This document shows, one piece after another, positions 37,936 through 50,700 of a DNA stretch of 62,650 nucleotides; within the stretch, counting starts at the first letter, position 1, and every line of letters starts with the position of its first letter. The notes under the pieces were generated by a model. That model searched no databases and was not told the DNA's origin. It saw only the letters and a list, made by a program, of their open reading frames with translations. Location: the NCBI RefSeq assembly GCF_001194135.2, contig NC_068991.1, positions 32,730,510 to 32,793,159 on the forward strand. Direction: 5' to 3'. The position numbers and the translations under genes are program-made. Source of the stretch: Octopus bimaculoides (lineage: Eukaryota).

Positions 37936-40900
37936 GAATTCCATATGGTGTATCCAGTGCAGGTTAAGGACATACAAGAAGTACAATGGAGCGACAGAAA
38001 GGTTAATGGAGAAAGGTTGGTATGTAGAAGATACAGAGGAGCCATAAAAACTAAAGATACACAAGAAATTGATTTTCTCAAATATTATTACCTAACAAAA
38101 GCTCTCTCTCTATCTCTATCTATCTATCCTAACTGAAAGGAAGATTGTTTGCTGTTTGTGTACGGACAGCAATGCTACATGGTAGTGAGGTATGGGCCCT
38201 GAATGGAAAGAACATACAAAGACTAGAGAGGAATGATGCTAGTGTGCTTCACTAGATGTGCAATGTCAGTGTGAATTTATGACAAAGTGCTAATGTATTG
38301 AGAGAAAAATTAGGAATAAGAGGAAACATCTGTAGTGAGCAAGAGAGAAAACTGCATTGGTTTGGTCATGTAATGCATATGGATGAGGACAACTGAAGAA
38401 AGAAGTGCCAGTTGCTTAAAGTTGATGGAAATTGTGGAACGGGGAAATTCAGGATGACATGGGATAAGGTATTGAAGGCTGATTTCAAGATGCCAAGCCT
38501 TGTGGAGGAGATGACAAAGGATCAAGATGACCTGCAATTTGCTGTGCTTGAGAAGATGCATCCATTACACAAGAAATGGTATCCTAAAACCACTTTAGCT
38601 ATCTGTACATGTGGGGCCTTGCCCGTCTCTTCACCCACTCTGCCACGTCAAGCATTCCCTCCATTTTCCCTACATCTCATCTCCTAACAGCCCTCACCTC
38701 TCTACCTATGGAACCACATAGCTACTGTAATCACCAGAGTAGGTACATATTATACATTCCCTTCTTTCCTGTTCCCTTCCTCCTTCTCTCCTCACCTGGA
38801 ACCACTTCCATTTCTCATTATCATCCTTACCCACATTATTTCCACCAATCATCTCTCTCTTCTGTTATATTCCATTCTTAACACATCTTTTATCTACTAC
38901 CACTCCCAATGCCCTCACATATCTATTATTATGCCCCATTTATTATAGGCTTCCCTCACCATCACTCACTACATTCCCCTCAACCCCCACCTCTAACCAT
39001 TTCCCCTCACATGCTTATGAAACTGCTCCCTCTATCCTCTTCATCCATTGTCTGTATCCTCTTTTGTATCCACTTCAAGATGCTTTGGTATCCTACCACA
39101 ACCATTTTTATCTTCTTTCCAGCTATTTCTATTCTTATATAATGTTGGGTTGTCATGTATCTCTATAGCAAGATACCTGAGCTTGTCCTTCCATCACACT
39201 CTAGCCTCTGAACACTTGGAATAGAATCACTTCTCCTCCTTTCCTTTTCAAATACTACCCACCCCCACTGCCATTTAGTCAAGGAGGCTTTTTCTTCTTT
39301 GTATTCTTTCTGTTTTACAAGTTACTAGGCAACCTCACCAGTAAACTCTGTAGAGTGGTTGATATTAGGAAGGATATCCAGCTGTAAAAATAATGCAAAA
39401 GGTGACATTGGATCTTGATGCAGCCCAATGGCTTGCTAGATCCTGTCAAGCAGTTCAACACATGCCAGCATAGAAAATGGACATTAAATGGTGATGATGA
39501 TGATATACATATAAATCATCATCACCATGACCATTTTCTATGCTGGCATGTGTTGAACTGCTTGACAGGACATATATATATATATANNNNNNNNNNNNNN
39601 NNNNNNNNNNNNNNNNNNNNNNNNNNNNNNNNNNNNNNNNNNNNNNNNNNNNNNNNNNNNNNNNNNNNNNNNNNNNNNNNNNNNNNNNNNNNNNNNNNNN
39701 NNNNNNNNNNNNNNTATACTAGCAGAGATACCCGGCGTTGCCTGAGTTACATGCAATTGAAGAATGAGACTTTTCTGTTACATTTTCTGTAAGGAACTGG
39801 AATACATATGATTCGAATTTCATCAAAATTGCACGAGGGTTCTTTCCCTCTTTACACACCCTAAAAAAATTCTAATGATGAGACATGTATCCCATACTAT
39901 TGATCTTTATACGCATATTCAAAAATTTCAGTCTTCTGGAACCTATAAAAAGGATTTTGCTCCTGAAAAATGGAGCTCATGGAGCTCTAAAATGTAGGAA
40001 TGAAGGCCCCTATTGAAGGTGGGTGTGTTAATGTCAACCTGAGAAGTTGAATTGTTGGGAATGTTTTTAACTTGGGTCTTATAGTATGCCTGTATATATG
40101 TGAGAGGATGGTCTCAGTTTAATAGTTTCAGTATGAATTGAAAGTATTAAAGTGAAAGTATTTGAAATTACAGTAGCGACATGTTACTGTTTCACTTTTG
40201 AGAGGTAATACTGAAATAGTGGAATAGTTTCAGTGTTAAAGTGAAAGTATCTGACATTACAGTAGAGTGATGTTATTATTTCACTTTTGACACGTAATAC
40301 TGAAATAGTGGAGGAGATATGATATTGCTGTGGGCTCGAACTATGCAAGAAGTTAAAACTTTTTTGGGCCTAAGACACTGCATTGACCCTAAGTAAGGCA
40401 TGTGTTAATTTGGAATGAAATTGGTTGTGTAGTTCTCAAGTTTTAGAGATTCACACAGACACACATTCTCATCTTTATATATCTGATATTTATGCGCACA
40501 TTCCAAAATTCCAGTGTTATGGACCCTGTAAATTCCAGTGTTATGGACCCTGTAAATTCCAGTGTTATGGACCCTGTAAAATGTGGGAGTTAAGGCCCCT
40601 ATTGGGGGTGGGTGCGTTAATGTCAACCAGAGAAGTTGAATTGTTGGGAATCCTTTTAACTTAGATGTAATATGTATTGTTTGAATTTCTTTGAAATAGG
40701 AAATATATGTATGTTCACTGGGTTTGTAAAAGAGAGCAAAGCTACAGGAAACCAAAAGATGAATGATCACGATAATCAGTCAGTTACCCTAGCCTAGTCG
40801 TTACTACTCCCCAATGTAGGATTCCTCACCATACAGGTGACAGGCAAAGCTGTAAGATGCATTACGGATCTATAGCAATTGGAAGGGCATGACCCAATTG

Positions 40901-41763
40901 AAATAACAACATGTGACGTTTGGAGTAAAGGGAAATGAAAATGTCGCCTCTGGAGTTTGCAAATGACCACTCTACCGATAGGTAACTGGGCAGAAAAAAT
41001 TTACAATCANNNNNNNNNNNNNNNNNNNNNNNNNNNNNNNNNNNNNNNNNNNNNNNNNNNNNNNNNNNNNNNNNNNNNNNNNNNNNNNNNNNNNNNNNNN
41101 NNNNNNNNNNNNNNNNNNNNNNNNNNNNNNNNNNNNNNNNNNNNNNNNNNNNNNNNNNNNNNNNNNNNNNNNNNNNNNNNNNNNNNNNNNNNNNNNNNNN
41201 NNNNNNNNNNNNNNNNNNNNNNNNNNNNNNNNNNNNNNNNNNNNNNNNNNNNNNNNNNNNNNNNNNNNNNNNNNNNNNNNNNNNNNNNNNNNNNNNNNNN
41301 NNNNNNNNNNNNNNNNNNNNNNNNNNNNNNNNNNNNNNNNNNNNNNNNNNNNNNNNNNNNNNNNNNNNNNNNNNNNNNNNNNNNNNNNNNNNNNNNNNNN
41401 NNNNNNNNNNNNNNNNNNNNNNNNNNNNNNNNNNNNNNNNNNNNNNNNNNNNNNNNNNNNNNNNNNNNNNNNNNNNNNNNNNNNNNNNNNNNNNNNNNNN
41501 NNNNNNNNNNNNNNNNNNNNNNNNNNNNNNNNNATGTATAGATATTTGTATGCATGTATATACGTGTATATATGTGTACATATTACATGTACATCTATAT
41601 ACATACATCTACACATATGTATACATATACATGTATATCTATATATATATCTATACATATATGTGTACATATACATCTATATGTATACATGTATACATAT
41701 ACATCTATATGTATACATGTATACATATACATCTCTCTCTCTCTATGTATATATATATACATC

Positions 41764-41794
<31 letters not shown>

Positions 41795-44700
41795 ATATAT
41801 ATATGGTGGTTGTCTACTCCTTAAACAGAGTTTGACCACCTCCTGCACCTACACCTTAGCCCTTTCATGGCGTCTGATGTGGCTTTTTAAACCAGACAGT
41901 GTTTTGAAAAAACACCCACACAGATGTATATACATATATATACATGTATATATATATACATTTGTGCAGATATATATATGCATGTATGTATGTATATATG
42001 TATGTATGCCTGTATATTATGTGAGAGTATAGTTTCACTGTAGTAGATTCAGTATGAATTTGAAACCATTAAAGTGAAAGTATGTGTCATTACAGTATCG
42101 AAATGTGATTGTTTCAGTTTTGATACAGAAATAGTGGAATAGTTTCATTTTTAAAGTGAAAGTATTTGACATGAGTGTTTTTGTTTCACTTTTGTTACGT
42201 AATACTTAAATAGTGGAGGAGATATGATGTTGCTGTGGGCTCGAACTATGCAAAAAGTAAAAAATTTTTTTTTGACTAAAACACAACTGGAACCAGAAGT
42301 AAGGCATGTGTAAAATTTGAATGAAATTGGTTGTGTAGTTCTGGAGTTTTAGGGATTCACACATTCTCATTTATATATATATATATATATATATATTCCT
42401 TTACTTGTTTCAGTCATTTGACTGTGGCCATGCTGGAGCACTGCCTTTAGTTGAACAAATCGACCCCAGTACTTATTCTTTGTAAGCCTAGTACTTATTC
42501 TATCGGTCTCTTTTGTCTAGGAGTAGACAAATGGCTTGTAAAAGCCATACAAGGCATATACAGGGGTTCAGTTAGTAAGATAAGAGTTAGCTATAAGTTC
42601 AGTGATAAATTTCATATGGTGTACAAAGTGCAAGCTATGGACACACAAGAAACGTAGTGGAATCAAAGGAAGGCTTACAGAGAAAATAACCTTTGTATGT
42701 GGAAGATGTGCAGGAAGAACAAACACGAAGAAAATATGGAAAATAGATTTTCTGAAATGTTCTGTTTTGTTTGTGGACTCCTTGAGAGCAATCTTATCAT
42801 CTGTGGACCCCATACACACATGTAAATTTTTGAAATAAAATATTTGTTTGTAGGTTAGTAAAAACTAACAATGAAAAGATTTCATTATATTCATAACATA
42901 AATTCCAAATACAAATCTTGAAAATTTCAATAAATACAGGTACCTCCCCTAGTAAACAGAATTTATATATGGACCCACAAATTACAATTTTTTACTTGTT
43001 GTCCACCTTAAAGCTTCTGTGGACCCCTGGCAGTTTATGTGGACCTCAGTTGGGAACCTCTGCTCTAGAGGCTCCCTGGTGGTGGGAGATAGTTTCTGCT
43101 ACCTAGTTGACCTAGGAGAAAATTCAGAGAGCTATTACTCCATCTAGCAGCAAAAGTTGCAGAGTGAACGTTAGCCAGTATGATGCGTGAGTATGAACTT
43201 CAATGCGACACAGTAGTGAGATGTGGTAGTGAGTGCAGAGGACAAATAAAGACTAGAGAGGAATAAAGCTCATATGAATGTGCAATATCAGTGTGAATAT
43301 ATGCTGAAATGTTAATATACTGAGCAGAAAAATTATGCATAAGTGGTATCAGATGTAGTGTGCAAGAAAGAAAATTGCACTGCTTTGGTCATGTGATGCA
43401 TATGGATGAGAGCAGCTGCATAAAAAAGTGTTAGTTGCTTAAACTGGATGATAAAAGGAGACCCAGAAAGACATGGAATGAAGTAGTGAGGGCTCAAGAT
43501 ATTGAACTGCATGGAGGAAATGATGGAGGACCAAGATGATTGGCAATTTGCTGTGCTTGAGATGACCTACACATAATAGAAAATATATCCTAAAAGCATT
43601 TTTCTATGCTTGGACAACATGATGGACGGTGTCCCTACACCCTATCAAGCATTCTCCACATCTCATCTCCCTACTAACCCTCTTCCACACAAGCTGAGCA
43701 CAAGTATTCCCCACATCATCTGCCAACCCACCCCTTCCCCTCATGTTGGATCTAGTAATTCCCACATTTCTTTTTCCTATCTATTACCCTTCCCCATGTC
43801 TTGGGCACTGTCCCTACACCTATATTGATCTGTCAAGCACATCCCAACTCCCTACCCACTCCTCCTATAACAATTGTCCCTCTTGACACATATTATATCC
43901 ACTAATACCTTGTCAAATCAATTTTGAATTTGGACTTTTATGATTTAACATTCTTTGATACATCTTGTTGGGATAAACTTTTCATAATTTTACAACACAA
44001 TATTTTATTTAATGTACACTTTCATAATATATCCACTTATATTTTATATTCAAACAATGCTTTCATCGCAAAAGAGGTTATATATCTAATTAAGTTTATT
44101 GGTAAACAAAAATATTTCTGATTTTATAGTTTATTTCTTTTGAATCATTTCACTTTTAAAGCCTTTTGATAAAAACAACATTTTAGAAAATTTTCTAAGT
44201 CTTACCTTATGCTTAACTGTTTGTAACTTATCTAATAAATAATGTGAAATAAAAGCTACAACGTCACAGCTATAACCTGTAAGCTCAAGCCTAAACAGGA
44301 CAGGGGTGTGTGCTAAAAAGTAACCTAAAAAGTTCACATTGGTTATGTATGTTGTGTTCTCAACTGATATAAGAAATAAGTCTAATTGCAAATAGAAGAG
44401 TTGGAGTCAGAGTGAATCGTAACATAAATGAAGTGGTCAGAATGACATATTCTGTCCCCTGTAAAAATGAAAAGGAAAAAAACCCAACTTACTTAAGTCA
44501 ATTCTTTTTTCTGGGAGTTGCATTTTTCCTGAAAGTAAAAAAAATCAAAATAAATATATTATGATTAAAATATATTTGACATACAGATAATCCACAGTTA
44601 CAACTTTTACAAGTAATAAAAAGGAAAAACTCCTCCGTACTGTATAAGAGATTTCTCATTGCCATATAAAATTCAGGAGCCAGTTATTTCCTGGTGGTCT

Positions 44701-47700
44701 CTAAAGAAGCTAAGAGTAGAGGAGTGGCTTGTTAGAGCCGTACAAGCCATGTTCAGTGATGCTGTCAGTAAGGTGAGAGTCGAACTCGAATACAGTGATG
44801 AATTTAGTGAACAAGTTGGAGTTCACCAGGGATCAGTTCTTAGTCACTCTTATTCATCATAATTCTCCAGGCCATAACTGAGAAATTCAAAACTGGATGC
44901 CCATGGGAACTGCTATATGCTGATGACCTCACTCTTATTGCAAAATCTGAAGCTGAATTGGAGAAGTTCCAGGTTTGGAAGCAAAATCTGGAATCAAAGG
45001 GCCTTAAAGTTAACCTAGCAAAGACTAAAGTTGTTGTTAGCAAGAAAGCAGATAACACTCACTTTCCATCAGGTAAATGGCCCTGCTCAATATGTAGGAA
45101 AGGAGTGGGAAGTAATTCCATTTGCTGCACCAAGTGTAAACTATAGACACATAAGAGATGCAGTGGAATTGTAGGTAGGTTAACAGATAAGGTTGCTTTC
45201 GTGTGTGGCATGGAGGAAGTTCAGAGAGCTACTACCTCAGTTGGCAACAACAGGACTCTCAGAGTGAAAGGTAGACTGTATGATGTTTGTATGTGAAGGG
45301 TTATACTCCATGGTAGTGAGACATGGGCTCTGAATGTGGAGGACATGCATAGACTGGAGAAGAATGAAGGTAATATTCTGTTGGATTTTCAATATCAGTG
45401 TGCATGACTGACAAAGCGCAACTGTGGAGTGGTTAGAAAGGGCATCCAACCATAAAAACACTTCCAAAACAGACACAGTAGCCTGGGGTAGTCTTCTACC
45501 TAGCTGGCTCCCGTCAACCATCCTATCCATGCATGCATGGAAGATGGATGTTAAATGATGACAATGACATCATGTTTTGTTTTTTCTTGGCATCATTAAT
45601 ACTTCAGCAGTAAGAATGGGACAACTGGAAGCAACTGTTTGGATGCTAAACATCTGGAACAACTGTAAGGTGTTAAACCTATTTCAGTTATGATTTTTAT
45701 GGCAATGAACTATTTGATACTGAAGATAAGTACACACACATGAACACATACAAAGCGAGGGAAGAGAGAAACATAAAAATGTTATATAAAAAAAAAACCT
45801 CAGAGAGAGTGGGGAGAAAAACATTAATATGTCACATCATCTTTGCTTTAACATCTACATTTCCATGCTTGCATAGGTCAAATGAGTTATGTTGGGACAA
45901 GGTTTTATGGCTTAATGCCCTTCTAATTACTAGTCTGTATTTGTTTCTAATTGAGGTTATAATATCCCAGTCTAGTGAGCAACAAACACCCAGGCCATAT
46001 TTATGCAGAGAAATGGAAACGAACAACAATGGATGAGGTTTTTCAATAAAAAGATTGTGCAACATATCAAGACATGCCAAGATGTCCAGACATGCATTCA
46101 CAGTGGAATGCAAGCAAACAACAGTCAGCAAAGCCATTGATTACGACAGGTGAACATACATGACAACAAGGAAAATATGAACTAACACAAAAACACACAC
46201 ACATATTTTAAGATTTTGCTTAGGTATAGTGATACTAATAACTTTCATTTAGAACTCAATATACACAGGCTCTAGAATAAAGCATTAGGCCAGTACAGAG
46301 AGTAATATGAAATTAAAGAAATGACAAATGAACAGCTGTTTCTGCTATAGGATGACATGCACCCAGAGATGAAAGCTTGTGCATCATCTTATAGATTCCT
46401 GGGAGCCTCTAGAATTAAATGAATGTTTATTTGAAAAAACATGGTAAAGACTAACTACCATTAGCAAAAATAAAAATACACAAGAAATAAAGTATAGAGT
46501 TTGAGGAATAGAAGCTACTCCTAGATATATGTAGATTTAGATAATTATATGTATAAACACAGGTGCATAATGAACCTATATACAAATAACTAATCATATG
46601 CATACAAAAATATACAGAAATTATGTATGTTAATACACATTTAAACAGGTACATATGAGTGACCAGCAGAAACCAAACAGGGTGGGGGGACCCTATGGAG
46701 ATGGAAAGTGAGAGAATCTAAAGTCTAGAGATAAAAAATATTGTTATAGTCTTAAAGAGATAAAGAAATGGTGTGGTAAGGTAATAAATCTATCAACAAA
46801 TCAGTGGCCATGTGTGTCTACCTAGACTGATGATAAACAGGTGAGTACAATGTAGCAAACATATACATATATCAGGTCATCCAATAAGTTCTGTCCGATT
46901 TTACCTTTTTTAAAATTGAATGAAATTTAATAGTATTTTAGAATGTCTAATGGAATTAAAAATTATTTTTATGCATTTGTATACATTTAAACTAATCAAA
47001 TATTATTTTACAGAATAATAGGATTAGAATTTCTTTGATTAAAACCCTTTCTAACATGGAAGTATCCAAAGAGCATTTAAGGCACATAATGCCTTATGAG
47101 TACAAAAAAGGAAACTCTGTAGCCAAAGCGACTCGAAACATACACTCAGTTTATGGGAAAGAATGCTTGAATGAAAGAACTTGCAGAAGATGGTTTGCNN
47201 NNNNNNNNNNNNNNNNNNNNNNNNNNNNNNNNNNNNNNNNNNNNNNNNNNNNNNNNNNNNNNNNNNNNNNNNNNNNNNNNNNNNNNNNNNNNNNNNNNNN
47301 NNNNNNNNNNNNNNNNNNNNNNNNNNNNNNNNNNNNNNNNNNNNNNNNNNNNNNNNNNNNNNNNNNNNNNNNNNNNNNNNNNNNNNNNNNNNNNNNNNNN
47401 NNNNNNNNNNNNNNNNNNNNNNNNNNNNNNNNNNNNNNNNNNNNNNNNNNNNNNNTAAACATCGTAAACAGTGGCTTGGTAAAAGGGAAAAAGCTCAACC
47501 ACAACCGAGAAGGGAACTTCATGGGAAAAAGGTTCTTCTCTCTATCTGGTGGGATCGCAAAGGAGTAATTCACTTTGAATTGTTACCACCTAATGCAACA
47601 ATCAATGCTCAAGTCTACTGTCAGCAATTAGAGTGCTTGAACCTAGCTTTGAAGAAAAAAAGACCCGCTTTAGTGAATCGAAAAGGAGTGATGTTTCATC

Positions 47701-50700
47701 AGGACAATGCACAACCCCACACTGCAAAGATCACATCACAGAAGATCGAAGAGCTTGGTTAAGAAAAAATTCCTCATCCATCTTATTCTCCCAACCTTGC
47801 ACCTTCAGACTACCATTTGTTTCGTAGTTTGCAGAATCATTTGAGGGACTAACTTTCGCAAACCAGGAGGAGGTTGAAACTGACATTTCAGAGTTCTTCC
47901 CTTTGAAACCAAAAGAGTTTTACATTGATGGAATTAAAAAGCTAGCAAATAGATGGAAGGAAGTCAAAGATAATCAGAGAAAGTACATTGATGATTAAAT
48001 TTCAATTAAATATAACATTTGATCACTTGTTTTCTTTATTCAAAATTCGGACAGAACTTATGGGATGATCTGATACTATAGCCTAAAGAGTGGATATTTT
48101 TAACGGAAACTGAGAGAAGCCTATTGTATATGCATATATATCTGTGTGTGTGTGTGTGTGTGCGTGTGTGTCTGTGCCTGTGTTTGTCCTCCACAACTGT
48201 TTGACAACTGGTGTTGGTGTGTTCATGTCTCTGTAACTTAGCAGTTCACCGAAGGAAATGATAGAAGTACCAAACTTAAAAAACAAAAGTATTGGGATTG
48301 ATTCATTTGATTAAAAATTCTTTAAGTTGGTGGCCCAGCATAGGCGCAGTCTCACGACTGAAACAAGTAAAAGGTAAAAGATATATATACATGTTAATAT
48401 ATATTTTTAGAAATATTAATATTAATTTCAATGATATTTTTGTTTGTGTGTGTGTATGTGTGTGTGTTTTGTTTTAATACAATAGGAACAAATGTCAGCT
48501 TTATAAGGTGAATTCTATAATAAAGATGTAATTTTCTCAACACATATTTTTTGTTGTCAAATACTCTGAATTTCTCAAAATTCTTTGAGATGATATTTGG
48601 ATCTACTTGTCATACATGAGAGTTTACCTTGAATGTGTATTCTACTCACATTTACAGATGTCTGATTGTTGGATATTGCTAACTAGATTCTTTTAAAACT
48701 AAGTGCTTGATTGTAATATTATTGATAGAGGGGTTACATATTAATTTATCTTTAAAGCCACTAAAGACTAGGGCACTGTTGTAGTTTGGGAGTTACCTTC
48801 TTGAAAATTTCTTTAGAGGATGATAGGTACAGGAAAATATTTAACAGGTGCTCAGTGAAATTACTATATAGCTACTGCCCTAATATGAAAAGCATCATTA
48901 CATGTGAGCACCACTCCCAGTTGTAATTGTTGAGACTCAGGAACCTGTCCACTCAACCAGGAATGTATGATTAAATCTGTCATATATGAGGCAGAAGTTA
49001 CAACAAGGCTAGATGATAACACAATCAATAAGAAGAGCTATACTGGGCTATGTGAAGGTGACTTCAAAAATTGCTATGGTAATCATATATCTTCCTTCTG
49101 ACACAGAGATAAAAGTAAAGCTACTAAGTTAGCTGGCCACATATGGGGTTTGAAGTCAAATGCCACACCACAAACAATAAAGTGGAAAATAGTTCACACT
49201 ATATGTTAACAGATATAAAAAAAGATGCAAGCTGTGCATAGCTGAAAGAACTCAGATCCTTTTCAGATCTAAGAACTCTAAACACACTGCTGAATTTTAG
49301 ATCCAAAATTTTCAGTGGTCGTAAGCATATGGCAAAGTTCCTGTTGATGAATTGGAAAGTACCACCCTCTCCAAATTAAACAGCTGTACTGCAGAGTTTG
49401 AGGCCACTATCTTTTCAGCCTTATATTTTATGATCTAAGGCAGGGGTGTCCAACCTCTTTTGCTAGTGGGCCAAATTATAAATTCAAGTCTATTCACTGG
49501 GGCTCAAAGGTACTTAAATATAAACTTTTAAAAAGTTCAAAATATGGTGAATAAAATTTCTTAATAACAAATATAAAGACAAAATAATGTGCTATTGACA
49601 GTAAAAATGAAATTGCACTTATACAAAATAAAAGCAATGTGATTTTTGGCATTGCTTTCCTGTTATGATATTCTCAGTATCTGCTTTTAAGGTATTATTC
49701 TTTACTCTAAGAATGTTAGTTAAATGGCAATCACCCAGCCTATTTCTTTCAGCAGTTTTGATGTTTTTCATACACGAAAAGAATTGTTCACAGCAGTATG
49801 TACTACCCCACATGCACAATAGTTTTCTAGCTAAATTGGCAATTTGATCAAATTCATTGAAAGAATGCAATTTCTCCTAAAAGTCAAGAAGGGCATGTTC
49901 TCTATGATAAGTTTTCAAAGACTCTCTACTTTGAAGCTCAATGAGTTCTAGCTAGTATTTGGCTGGTACTTCCACATGAATAAATGAAAATGTATCACTC
50001 AACAATTTTAGTTCATAGAAATATTACATTTCTAAATCGCTCAAAGAGATTTATACAGTAGCAGCACAATAAAGTGATGGTATGTTGTCAACTTAATGTG
50101 GCAGTCCCATGAAAGGGAAGAATGCTACTGCTATTTAGCCCTAGGAAACACCATTTCCAGTTGGCCATGACACATTTTTTGTGTCCTTATGCTTATCTCC
50201 CCCTTTGAAAACATAAGGACACAAAAAATGTGTCATGGCCAACTGGAAACAGTGTTTCCTAGAGCTAAATAACAGTATCATTCTTCCCTTTCATGGGGCT
50301 GCCACATTAAGTTGGCAATATAGCATCACTTAAATTTTAGTTCAGTTTCTATCTTTCTGAAGTCAGAAAATTTGGTTGTAAAATCTTCTAGCAAAGCTTC
50401 ACATAATTTAGTGTATTTTTCAAAGTTGACAGGAAATTCTTCCTGTCTTTTAGATAAATTCTGAAAATGTACAATTTCTCCACCCTTCAATTGTATTATG
50501 ATAAGTTCTAATTTCTTAGTAAAACTTATTTGCTCAAACACTGAACAACGTAACTGGTCTTTTCCTTGTAAATGCAAATTAAGTTCAGCTAACATTTCAG
50601 TGATATCTGCTAAGAAGGACATTTGACCATTCTTCATTTGCTAAAAAATCTACATTTTGCTTTTTGTTATGCATGTTTCAGGCAACAATAATTGAAATCT

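Noticed and set aside
44205-44232. Candidate minus-strand mini-exon (ttattag|ATAAG...AAG|gtaaga)
   Set aside because: It is 26 nt, would break the frame, and the assembled VPS54 peptide is already colinear without it.
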